A stretch of 64,000 bases of DNA from a virus. The position numbers and the translations under genes were made by a program. The notes under the pieces were generated by a model that saw nothing but the letters and a program-made list of their open reading frames with translations, searched no databases and was not told where the DNA came from. The number at the start of each line of letters is the position of its first letter. The first letter of the stretch is position 1. Below are positions 18,071 through 27,176 of this stretch, piece by piece. The stretch is taken from positions 78,705-142,704 of the IMG/VR virus record IMGVR_UViG_3300025009_000054. One strand, 5' to 3'.

Positions 18071-19297
18071 TTAAGCTACAATGCTAGTTAGCTTAGTATC
18101 AAGCAATCTTAGCTCTTCAACCGTAAGCATATTGATATCGGCTGTTCTTCCATTGCTAGCATCCTTGATGTAAGACGCCAGCTCTGCAAAATTACTGCCA
18201 GTATCAAGTTTACGAAGCTTATCAGCAACTGCAGTACCGATTACTACCCTCTCATCAACCGGTGCCTGAGGAGGATGAACGGTTGCTGTCGGTACAGACG
18301 TCATGTTGACAAGTGCCATATCAAACGCACTCTTTAGCAGGCCAGCAGGAAGACCTGTACTGAACTCTGTCGCGTACTGTCGGTCCATTGACACTATATC
18401 CCCGACCGTCTTCCCAGGGTACTTTCCCGTTGGGCATACAATAGCTACCGCCTCATTCGGGTTTATCCTGATTTCTGATGGTCCAGGAGTGCCCATATCA
18501 CCAACTGGTCCGGACTGACCAAACTGGCCGTTAGGCATCGCAGGTGGTGGTCCGTAGGACTGCATTGGCATCGGAGCAGGTGCCCCGAACTGCTGTCCTG
18601 GTTGTGGTGCACCGAACTGCTGTGGCTGTCCGTATGACTGCATCGGAGCCGGTGCACCGAACTGCTGTGGCTGTTGTGTTTGCATACCGAACTGCTGTGG
18701 GGGAGCAGCCATTCCACCCATATTACCAACTGGCATATTAAGCTGTTGGATTAGCATTTGAATCTGTTCCATGCTTTTAGCCTGGAGTTCATCTACGGCA
18801 TCAATATCAATGAGGTCTGCTTCATTGAACTGAATCGGAGCCTGATTAGCCATAGGAATGACAGTATACTGTCCACCTTTAGCCTGTGGCCTTGTGATAA
18901 TGAAATCCACACAGGACACATCTTTATTATACGCTGTGTAAATAGCACCAATCGGATTCCAAATCTGCGTACCACCAACAAGAACCTTATGCTCAGGTTT
19001 AGGTGTATCGAGGACTAGCACGTTACATGCATGTCTCATTGCAGAAGGAAATCTCTGTCTATTCACGCACATTGGGCAAAGACCCTGGCCAAGGCACTTC
19101 TCGTAGCCTCTCCACTGTCCCCTACCATTTTCACCTTGTGGGTTATATTCATACAGCGAATGACCCCACCAGCTACACAGGTCACCAAACTTCGGATGGC
19201 CTGGTACAAAGAGCAATCTCACTCTATGAGACTCTCCAGCTTTGAATTGCAGAAGCTTACCGCTCCCACCGACTCCGTTTACGTCATTAAAAGACAT
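18071..19297 (-). CDS. gp32-like single-stranded DNA-binding protein with a Q/P/G-rich low-complexity linker
   Basis: Start re-called at ATG 19297 (GAAGGGAG). RVRLL, zinc ligands H..C..CPMC, RHACNV, DFIITR...QYTV; QQFG repeats; PTGKYPGK motif; next to recA. Confidence 0.72.
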   Translation of the reverse strand: MSFNDVNGVGGSGKLLQFKAGESHRVRLLFVPGHPKFGDLCSWWGHSLYEYNPQGENGRGQWRGYEKCLGQGLCPMCVNRQRFPSAMRHACNVLVLDTPKPEHKVLVGGTQIWNPIGAIYTAYNKDVSCVDFIITRPQAKGGQYTVIPMANQAPIQFNEADLIDIDAVDELQAKSMEQIQMLIQQLNMPVGNMGGMAAPPQQFGMQTQQPQQFGAPAPMQSYGQPQQFGAPQPGQQFGAPAPMPMQSYGPPPAMPNGQFGQSGPVGDMGTPGPSEIRINPNEAVAIVCPTGKYPGKTVGDIVSMDRQYATEFSTGLPAGLLKSAFDMALVNMTSVPTATVHPPQAPVDERVVIGTAVADKLRKLDTGSNFAELASYIKDASNGRTADINMLTVEELRLLDTKLTSIVA

Positions 19298-19389
19298 TCG
19301 TAATCTCCCTTCAGGAATTTGAATTTTGTCTGAACTATGTATAAACCCAGAGCCAACGAACATGCAAACCGACGTTGGCCCCGTAGATA

Positions 19390-20592
19390 TCAGTACTTGC
19401 TTTGATAGGCCGGTTCGAAGTCCCTCTTATATCCAGGCTTCGATGATGATTCAGGCGATAGTATGCCGGATTTGAATGCAAACTCTCTAAGTTTACCTGG
19501 ATGCATAGTGATTATATGTTCTGGGCGTGGACCCGTACTTAGCCACCCAATAGAATCAAATAAATCATATTCTGCAGCGAATTTGGCCACCCATTCTTTA
19601 CTAACCTGGGACAGACCTTCCCAAGCATTTTTACCATAGTCAATCGCGGCGATATAATCTATGAACGTGACCATTATCGATCCTGGTCGATTAATAGCAA
19701 GGGCTTTTCTAAACAATTTAGGACTAATCTCACCAACTCTTCTAACTCTCTTCGTAACAGTCGTCATTTCAATAACAGGCTTAGACGATCCACTACGAGT
19801 CTGAATTTCTTCCCACGTGAGTTCCTGAACATTCTCGTCTTCATACCCAAATGGTCCACTGTTGCCAGCAACCCTAATTGGATATGTTCTCATAACACCA
19901 TATATACTACGTACGGACATTGGTGATAGTCCAGCTTCTGCAAGCCAGTTTGCTGCGTTTGTATCTCTGGACGTAGTTTTTGGATATAAACCATGGTACA
20001 TCGATAAAGCCATTCCCTGAGTTCCTTCGAGCATAACGGGAAATCCATTGTTTACCATATTATTGAGTATCATGCATGTATCGCCGATGTAGGGTTTAAG
20101 ATAACTCACATCTTTGGCTAAGGTCACATCACCCTGCCTTTTAATCCTATCAATGAGAGCCGCACCACACCCTTCACGTGTACTACCAATAGCTTCGAAC
20201 AGATCTTTACTACCATCTTTTCCATGCTCAGCATCAATATGTTTCTGCTCAATCAGAATGGCATTTGGATCAATGACGAGTCTACCATCATCCCATACCT
20301 TTTCTTCCTTCAGCCAACCGATTTCCCGATCTAGTACGGTTGGAATAATCATAGCACCAGCACCAATTACGAGCTGTGCTTTTGGTGCCGCTATAGACCC
20401 GCATGGAATGGTTTGAAAAGCAAGCTTCTTCTTTCCATCTTTACTATAGACATAATGGCCAGCATTCGGCGATCCTGTACGCACTAAAGCACCATTATTA
20501 TATTGCCCAGCAATATGTTCACACAATTTTCCTTTTGCTTCAGAACCAAATGCGAGTCCGACGACGATATCTACGCACCTATTAGTGATCAT
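19390..20592 (-). CDS. purZ: PurZ0-like N6-succino-2-amino-deoxyadenylate synthetase (PurA family)
   Basis: GSEAKGK (Ser where PurA has Asp), PNAGH, IGST, LEGTQG, YPKTTSRD, RTYPIRV (Ile where PurA has Thr), TTVTKRVRRVG, TFID and STGP. Confidence 0.82.
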   Translation of the reverse strand: MITNRCVDIVVGLAFGSEAKGKLCEHIAGQYNNGALVRTGSPNAGHYVYSKDGKKKLAFQTIPCGSIAAPKAQLVIGAGAMIIPTVLDREIGWLKEEKVWDDGRLVIDPNAILIEQKHIDAEHGKDGSKDLFEAIGSTREGCGAALIDRIKRQGDVTLAKDVSYLKPYIGDTCMILNNMVNNGFPVMLEGTQGMALSMYHGLYPKTTSRDTNAANWLAEAGLSPMSVRSIYGVMRTYPIRVAGNSGPFGYEDENVQELTWEEIQTRSGSSKPVIEMTTVTKRVRRVGEISPKLFRKALAINRPGSIMVTFIDYIAAIDYGKNAWEGLSQVSKEWVAKFAAEYDLFDSIGWLSTGPRPEHIITMHPGKLREFAFKSGILSPESSSKPGYKRDFEPAYQSKY

Positions 20593-20608
20593 ACTAACTA
20601 TCCTCCTA

Positions 20609-20878
20609 TTAACGTCTTACGGGATCTGACATACGACGTGGTACTTCCCTATCACCACCAGTCTTATTTACTTTAGTAATCTTTACCTCTGCAGAGGCAA
20701 TTAATTCAAGCTGCTCCTCATCAAAAAACGAAGTATCTACTGGTACTCCATCTTTAAGTTCTTGAGATTGAACACCCATCCGAACGCACTTATTGAGATA
20801 TTCAGATCTCACTGTGACTATACCAGTAAACCCAGTAATAATATCTCTTACTTTATCGCCTAATCCAATTCTCGACAT
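20609..20878 (-). CDS. Small hypothetical protein (SH3-like beta domain)
   Basis: GAGGAGG RBS; LGDKVRDIITGFTGIVT pattern common in small phage proteins. Confidence 0.65.
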   Translation of the reverse strand: MSRIGLGDKVRDIITGFTGIVTVRSEYLNKCVRMGVQSQELKDGVPVDTSFFDEEQLELIASAEVKITKVNKTGGDREVPRRMSDPVRR

Positions 20879-20958
20879 ATTATCCTCCTCGCCAATCACA
20901 TCAAAATTATAAATATCAATATCGCAGAACGTCTAAGAAGACCTATACTCACGGACAA

Positions 20959-21588
20959 TCATTTCTTCTTTTTAGGTATTGTAAATGCTCCTGGCTTATT
21001 ACCTCCAGTCTGTGAGAACTTATTCGATAGCGATAATGCAACTATTTTTGCACCAGGGTACTGTTCTTTATATTGGGCGCACTTCGTGGCGTGTACAGCA
21101 TTTAGATGAGTGACGAGTGATTTGCCTTTAAATCCGCATATCTGGCATACCACTTCATCGCCAGAAGCCTCAGGTATAACAGTGTTACTATCAACTTTAT
21201 GAATAATTTCCACAGGTAATTCAATACTACCCCTACATAACGCAAACACAGACTTAATAGTCTCCCTAGCCCATTTACCATCATTAGTTTTACCGGATAC
21301 ATTTGCTAGATCATTTACACTTTCTATTAAGCTTGAGCTCGATCCATCAGAGTATATGAATCCACAAAATTTGCCAGGCTCCATAACCCTTGGATGGATC
21401 ATATGAACTCCTTTACGTATCCACGGCACGCCTCTAGGAGATACATTCCATTCTGTATCTATTTCTTTCTTCCATCCAGAGCCGGTATGGAATGGACATG
21501 GTTTGACATTTTCAGATACCGTACACCAAAAACAACCAGGTTCAGCACATTGTATTTTTGTCTTGCCTTCAGCAATATCATAACTCAT
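20959..21588 (-). CDS. Zinc-finger protein
   Basis: N-terminal Cys cluster; C-terminal CQICG...LVTHLNAVH...YKEQYPG C2H2 finger. Confidence 0.65.
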   Translation of the reverse strand: MSYDIAEGKTKIQCAEPGCFWCTVSENVKPCPFHTGSGWKKEIDTEWNVSPRGVPWIRKGVHMIHPRVMEPGKFCGFIYSDGSSSSLIESVNDLANVSGKTNDGKWARETIKSVFALCRGSIELPVEIIHKVDSNTVIPEASGDEVVCQICGFKGKSLVTHLNAVHATKCAQYKEQYPGAKIVALSLSNKFSQTGGNKPGAFTIPKKKK

Positions 21589-21600
21589 AGTGATACCTCA

Positions 21601-22755
21601 TCATTTATTCTCATAACGAGCGTACGCTCTATTAAAATCTTTTAAACCTACAATTTGTAACCATTCATCGTGAAAGAAGTCTAGTGCTGCTCTAAATCCA
21701 CGGTTTTTATATGTATTTACTGCGGTACGTGAAATATCAAGCTTAGTTGCTATATCTGCAGGGCATAGTCCTTCTATGAGTAATGACATTACATCCTTTA
21801 CACGTCCATGTAATGTCATTATGAATTTATCACTTTCCATACCATCAAGGATATTAGCTACCCAATGATCAGTATCAACGCATTGAGTCATATCCTCCGC
21901 TATCGAACGTGATGAATCACTATCATCACCGTGGAGATTATCAGATGTTGATGTTTCTATGGTACTTACATGGGTGGAACCACACGATCTACATACTGGC
22001 TTACGGCCAACAGTCAGACGTTTTACACGCGTCAATAGATGTCTATGGATTCCCCATCGATCTGGAAGGTATAGATGGTACATTGATTCGATGTGAGTGC
22101 GTTTCATTCTCTCTGCATACTGGATTTCAGCATCTTCCTCAGTTATTCCAGCAAGCATCATGCGGTTGATTATAAAACCTTTATAAGTGGTGCAATCTTC
22201 AACTATCATGTCTATGTACGCTCGATAGTCCTTCATGCAATAAAAGAATCTATTAAGACTCTTTGCAGTTCTACATGCGGGTTCGTCATTATGATGTGTA
22301 CGAGCGGGAACAGTCTTCTTTATCATCGCCCCTTTATCATCAGCAATAAATGTCGATACGCAATAGTTACATTCATTGTATGGGTGTGGGCATGAATACA
22401 TATTACCAGTATATGTAATCCGTTGTCTATGGCTACATTCGCGGCATATCTGTTCAGTACCAGCCTTTATCTTTACCCCAATATCAAACGCAAGAAATCT
22501 ACTTCTAGCCTGTGATATTAAGTATTTTACTGGGTCACCACGATCAAGATTAACTGTTGGTAATACTTCGAGTACGCGTTCTAAGAATAATGGTCTTAGA
22601 TCATCACTATCAATAATTCTATTCCTACCAACATATCTGGCAGTAATACCTGGCGCTATATCCCTATCGACTTCTCGTATGAAATCATTGAGATAGGAAC
22701 TGTTCGTCGGGATTGACTGCTGTGCACGAGCAATTGCTTCCCTGGTTATAGGCAC
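21601..22755 (-). CDS. Sigma-70-family (ECF-like) factor with a large Cys-rich insert
   Basis: Region-2-like DDLRPLFLERVLEVLPTVNLDRGDPVKYL...RSRF; region-4 HTH EGLCPADIATKLDISRTAVNTYKNR; AGGAGG RBS. Confidence 0.75.
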   Translation of the reverse strand: MPITREAIARAQQSIPTNSSYLNDFIREVDRDIAPGITARYVGRNRIIDSDDLRPLFLERVLEVLPTVNLDRGDPVKYLISQARSRFLAFDIGVKIKAGTEQICRECSHRQRITYTGNMYSCPHPYNECNYCVSTFIADDKGAMIKKTVPARTHHNDEPACRTAKSLNRFFYCMKDYRAYIDMIVEDCTTYKGFIINRMMLAGITEEDAEIQYAERMKRTHIESMYHLYLPDRWGIHRHLLTRVKRLTVGRKPVCRSCGSTHVSTIETSTSDNLHGDDSDSSRSIAEDMTQCVDTDHWVANILDGMESDKFIMTLHGRVKDVMSLLIEGLCPADIATKLDISRTAVNTYKNRGFRAALDFFHDEWLQIVGLKDFNRAYARYENK

Positions 22756-22801
22756 CTAGATTATCCTCCTATTCAAATGTGAGACTTCTTCCGCCTCCAA
22801 A

Positions 22802-22834
22802 AGTGCAGACGTGCATAGATTCGTGAGTGGTGCC
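22802..22834 (-). promoter_or_regulatory. Putative phage-sigma promoter, copy A (upstream of the sigma gene)
   Basis: GGCACC-N17-CGTCTGCACT on the minus strand; same spacing as copies B and C. Confidence 0.7.
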
Positions 22835-23058
22835 AATCTGTGCTTAAGTTTGTGACGATTGTATATTTAAATACCAACTGACTCCGATGGCACTTCAGAT
22901 TGCTGTAGTAGTTCGCAGTAAAGAGGAGTAAGCGCGGTCCGGAATCATTCTATCTATATCAATAAGATTTAACTCAGATATCTAATACTCATCACTTTAT
23001 TTGATATATTGTCTTTCGACAGGCACATTTCCCAATAAGAACGGGACCGATAAAAGAT

Positions 23059-23547
23059 TTAATCTGAACACAAAATGGGGCTTGCTAAGATCATCTTCGC
23101 AACTTTCTCAGATTTCATCATGATATCTCGTATATCTTCAACTGCTGATTCACACGTACTAGCATTAATAATCTCTATTCCACTATGTATTGCGACCGGT
23201 ATAAATGATCTGTTGATGGCAGATATAGACATTTTAAAAGTACCAAAGTTATGTCCATCTCTCCAATCCCACTCAGTAAGCCCACCGACGGCACCACAAA
23301 TATGCATGAATGGTCTATGTAATTCTACTATTACATGTTCCAATAGATGTGGGACCATACCACATGACAATTCTTCAATTACAAGTAAATTATCATCATT
23401 AATACACCTGTGTCCGCCAATATTTGGGATGGCGGACACAATATTACTTATCATTCCACAGTAATAGGATACATTCAACGGTGGATCCATAATAACATCA
23501 AACATAAAATCATTATTGTATTTTGATATCGGTCCTATTACTATCAT
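23059..23547 (-). CDS. Stand-alone cyanophycin synthetase N-domain-like protein (inverted zinc motif HxxEH)
   Basis: PNIGGHRC-x18-HLLEHVIVEL...GGLTEW. Confidence 0.62.
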   Translation of the reverse strand: MIVIGPISKYNNDFMFDVIMDPPLNVSYYCGMISNIVSAIPNIGGHRCINDDNLLVIEELSCGMVPHLLEHVIVELHRPFMHICGAVGGLTEWDWRDGHNFGTFKMSISAINRSFIPVAIHSGIEIINASTCESAVEDIRDIMMKSEKVAKMILASPILCSD

Positions 23548-24773
23548 ATATTAATAATACCTGGAGGTCTATGGCCATCTTTCATTGATATGAGGTGTGC
23601 GTAGACATATGGTGTTTTATTCTCTATATGCCAATCACTAGGAAATCCAGTATATAACCTCATAGATTGAAATCTAACTGGTGTGTTTATGTATTTAGCT
23701 TGGTTTTTATTTGTGTAGTATAGAAATGAGTTTTCATTCCAAAAAGAACAATGCGTAGGGTCTTGAAATGCACCTCTACCATCTGTTGATGGTGTCATTG
23801 ATAGAAGATAGCCACCTGGTACTAATACTCTATATATCTCCTCCATAGTAAATATAGGATCTTTTAAGTGTTCAAATATGTCGTGGGCTCTTATAACTCC
23901 AACTGAATTATCTTCAAATGGCCATTTAGTATTAAGATCGGCAATGGTATCGGCACCTTCGAGATCAACACTATTCCATCCATTTGGGCAATCAAACCTT
24001 CCACCAAGGTCTAGTTTTAACAATCCGTGACTATTAGACCACTGTTCACATAGACTGTAGATATATTTATCATAGATTCGCATGACATTATTTTGTATTT
24101 CGCTATTATTTTGTAGCCATACATTGTCGCCATGAATTCTATACAAATATAGACATTTATCTATATGGTAGAACATAGTTGCAGAATAGGTTCTTGACAT
24201 GAGCTCTTGATCATCTAGAACTCTCATATCAGAATTATGCCCACCGACCGCCCAATAAATATCTGATCTCCAAGCGCGTAAATGATTGGGTGCAAACCAT
24301 ATTCTACTAACTGATGATGGAGTTGCATCAAAGGCCACCACTTCATCAACTATATGGCCTTTAAAGTACGTATCGTTACGGTATCGCCATCCATATTCCT
24401 CGCTATACCTATCTACGCTTTTGATATTTCCTTGAAAATTTGCACAATTTGAATACACAAACCCTACATTACTATCACGTTCAAATGCAAGTATAACTTC
24501 AGATATTGCATTAGGCATTAGTAAGTCATCATGGTCAACTTCTAATAATATATCTCCAGAACAATATTCACAAGCTGTGTGCTTTAGTGCACCGACATAT
24601 GGAATATGATTATTAATGATGATAGGTTTGATTCTATCATCATTAAAATCTATCACCTTCGCTCCACCATTATAAAGAATTACCCACTCATAAAATGGTT
24701 GATCTTTAATACTATCATACAATTGACACAAATATCTAGTGTCATGAGTTGGCGTAAAAATTGATACTTTCAT
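23544..24773 (-). CDS. GT2 glycosyltransferase fused to a class I SAM methyltransferase domain
   Basis: VSIFTPTH, EVDHDD (DxD), DDQELM; then KLDLGG, DLNTKWPF, HDIFEHL, EIYRVLVPGG, QDPTH. Confidence 0.85.
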   Translation of the reverse strand: MKVSIFTPTHDTRYLCQLYDSIKDQPFYEWVILYNGGAKVIDFNDDRIKPIIINNHIPYVGALKHTACEYCSGDILLEVDHDDLLMPNAISEVILAFERDSNVGFVYSNCANFQGNIKSVDRYSEEYGWRYRNDTYFKGHIVDEVVAFDATPSSVSRIWFAPNHLRAWRSDIYWAVGGHNSDMRVLDDQELMSRTYSATMFYHIDKCLYLYRIHGDNVWLQNNSEIQNNVMRIYDKYIYSLCEQWSNSHGLLKLDLGGRFDCPNGWNSVDLEGADTIADLNTKWPFEDNSVGVIRAHDIFEHLKDPIFTMEEIYRVLVPGGYLLSMTPSTDGRGAFQDPTHCSFWNENSFLYYTNKNQAKYINTPVRFQSMRLYTGFPSDWHIENKTPYVYAHLISMKDGHRPPGIINI

Positions 24774-24827
24774 AAAATCCTCCGATAGGATTATAAGATC
24801 TCAAATAGCAGTAAGCCAATTGAATAA

Positions 24828-25082
24828 CTACTCCGCTATTGTCTGGAATTCTTCACAAGCATGTATACATGCTTGTTCAACTTCTTCTTCAGTTAGATAA
24901 TTACCAGCAGGTATCACTATATCATATTCTCTAATTGGTTGATGATTGCCTATAGCAGTTTCATCTGCATATCCATTAAGATGCACATTGAGCGTATTAC
25001 TGATAAAGTCAGGCGTTATTAACCCTATTTTCCATACAGTAGCGTCTATTCCAAAGTTTGTTGCAAGTGTTTTTTGTATCAT
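24828..25082 (-). CDS. Small tail-fibre-associated hypothetical protein
   Basis: Follows the fibre genes in the same operon. Confidence 0.55.
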   Translation of the reverse strand: MIQKTLATNFGIDATVWKIGLITPDFISNTLNVHLNGYADETAIGNHQPIREYDIVIPAGNYLTEEEVEQACIHACEEFQTIAE

Positions 25083-25094
25083 AATTATTGTCCT

Positions 25095-25781
25095 TTATAT
25101 TAGATATGCTTGAACTGTTGGCGTTGCGGCTGAACCTGCCGCGTTAAAAGCAACTGTATAACTGTAAGTATAATAACCAATATTATTGCCATAGTTAATT
25201 ACCTCATTTTTTACACCAGTTGCACCCGCCGCCGCTTGAACCTCATAATTAGTGGTTAAAGCGCGTCCTAAAATAGCCGCAGTACCGAGTAAAGTCTCAC
25301 CTGCTGGCACTGAGTCTATTGTCCAAGCGCCAAGTCCTTGTACAAAAGTAAACGCAGTTAATACTAAACTATCTGCTGTAATTGCAGTTAAAGAAGGTGC
25401 TGGAACTGTTTGTGGTGAAGTCGCCGCCCATATGCTTTGTCCTGCATCTTTAATAAATGCTGGTTCACCTGTATTTTTACGGAATGCACCAAGCACACCT
25501 ATCAGAACCCCAGTTGGTAGCCCAGTCCATGTATAGGATGTTGGTTCACTAGCCCCCGCTAACTTCCAGTAAACTCTAAAATAATTAGAATTTGTTGTAT
25601 TAGCCTCTACATTCTGCCAACCTGTCATATTCATTGCATCTAATACAGCCGTAGCAGACGCATTTAAAAATAACACCATTAAGTCACCTTGTATTGTATT
25701 GGTTGGTTTTGAAATACTATAACTAGTGACTGTTGGTGGGGCTTTTAAGCCCGTTGTTGCAGTTCTTATTGTCCAAGACAT
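25095..25781 (-). CDS. Ala/Thr-rich beta-sandwich virion or fibre-associated protein
   Basis: KPTNTIQGDLMVL, VYWKLAGASEPTSYTW, APSLTA..DSLV pattern typical of phage fibre and surface domains. Confidence 0.55.
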   Translation of the reverse strand: MSWTIRTATTGLKAPPTVTSYSISKPTNTIQGDLMVLFLNASATAVLDAMNMTGWQNVEANTTNSNYFRVYWKLAGASEPTSYTWTGLPTGVLIGVLGAFRKNTGEPAFIKDAGQSIWAATSPQTVPAPSLTAITADSLVLTAFTFVQGLGAWTIDSVPAGETLLGTAAILGRALTTNYEVQAAAGATGVKNEVINYGNNIGYYTYSYTVAFNAAGSAATPTVQAYLI

Positions 25782-25793
25782 AATATTTTATCC

Positions 25794-27146
25794 TTAACTA
25801 ATTATCATAATAAGTCCTACCACTACACTTGTAACTGTAGACGAACTATCAACAATAAATTCAAGCACATCCCCTGCCGATACAGCGATTGATAACCCAG
25901 TTGCTTCATTTTTTTGTGCAGTAGACAATGTAGGTTTACCACTTGCAAATAATGTGGCATTTGTCGGATAACCAGCATACGTCGAAGCGTGAACATCCAC
26001 AACTATACTTCCGCTTTGATCTGCAAATATAGTCCAACCAGTAATAGTACCAGCATAAGGTATACTAATAAAACCCTTACTACCTGTGGTAATTGCTACA
26101 CCACCGCCATTAATAACATATGGAACACCTCTAATTTGCATATTATCAGTCGGCGTGTAGGTTGTTCCGTCAGTACCAGCGACGCCTTGTATTCCCTGTT
26201 CTCCTTGTATACCTTGAATACCCTGTTCTCCTTGAATACCCTGTTCTCCTTGTGGTCCTTGTGGTGCTGAGAATTCTAACCAATTAGTAGGGTCTTCTTT
26301 AGGTGCATTGATATCTTCGTTTATTATATTCTGACAAAAGTATATACTATTAATGCCAGTAAAGTCAGATGATTCCGCCAATACATAATCACCAACAACA
26401 TATGAATCACCGTATACCCATTCACCTTTATATATAAGCGATTCTCCATCTACGCCTTGTATGCCCTGCTCACCTTGTATACCCTGTATACCAGTATCGC
26501 CTTTCGCACCTCTCGGTGCGCTAAATTCTAACCAATTTGTAGAGTCTTCTTTCGGTGCAACAATATCGTTAATTAAAATATCTTGGCAAAAGTATATTGA
26601 ATTATAACCAAGAGCGGTAGAAGATTCGGCAATTACATAATCACCAGAATCATAGTCACTGCCTGATAGCCATTCACCTTTATATATGAGTGATTGCCCA
26701 TCTGCTCCAGCCGCTCCAGCCGCTCCAGGTTCACCAGGTACTCCAGCCGCTCCAGGCTCCCCAGGTACTCCAGGTACTCCAGCCGCTCCTTGTGACAATG
26801 GTACCAAGTAAATAGAATCACCAATAATTAGTGTGTTACCTGTTGGTATAGAGATATTATTACAAATACAATATCTATCACTTCCATTCGCAACAGCAAC
26901 ATACACTACGACAGAATCAGTATCTAGATTAACAATTTTTACATCCTTAATCATTCTAACTGTACCAGCCACAGGTGTTGTTGCTGCAACCACTTCTGTT
27001 GCATTATTCAATGTGCCATAAATACTGCCAGGTGTAAACCCACTTGCATTATTATCACCATATGTTGTTGAAAATTGGGGTTGATTTTCTGACACATTAC
27101 CACCCAATTTTATCACTAATGTATTGCCATGAATTAAATTAATCAA
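25794..27146 (-). CDS. Collagen-like fibre protein with two CBM5/12-like repeats
   Basis: Three Gly-X-Y blocks separated by two ~65-aa repeats SLIYKGEW..GDYV.AESS..NSIYFCQ..APKED.TNWLEFSAP. Confidence 0.78.
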   Translation of the reverse strand: MINLIHGNTLVIKLGGNVSENQPQFSTTYGDNNASGFTPGSIYGTLNNATEVVAATTPVAGTVRMIKDVKIVNLDTDSVVVYVAVANGSDRYCICNNISIPTGNTLIIGDSIYLVPLSQGAAGVPGVPGEPGAAGVPGEPGAAGAAGADGQSLIYKGEWLSGSDYDSGDYVIAESSTALGYNSIYFCQDILINDIVAPKEDSTNWLEFSAPRGAKGDTGIQGIQGEQGIQGVDGESLIYKGEWVYGDSYVVGDYVLAESSDFTGINSIYFCQNIINEDINAPKEDPTNWLEFSAPQGPQGEQGIQGEQGIQGIQGEQGIQGVAGTDGTTYTPTDNMQIRGVPYVINGGGVAITTGSKGFISIPYAGTITGWTIFADQSGSIVVDVHASTYAGYPTNATLFASGKPTLSTAQKNEATGLSIAVSAGDVLEFIVDSSSTVTSVVVGLIMIIS

Positions 27147-27176
27147 TGTATTATCCTAATCTAATTTTCTATATGG

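Noticed and set aside
19390-20592. Plain purA (adenylosuccinate synthetase) annotation
   Set aside because: The catalytic Asp of GDxxKG is Ser and the PurA Thr is Ile; this fits PurZ0 better, although biochemistry is needed.
22840-23058. ncRNA or replication origin in the long intergenic gap upstream of the sigma gene
   Set aside because: Only short complementarities (CGGTCC/GGACCG) and an AT-rich patch were seen; no iterons or convincing structure.
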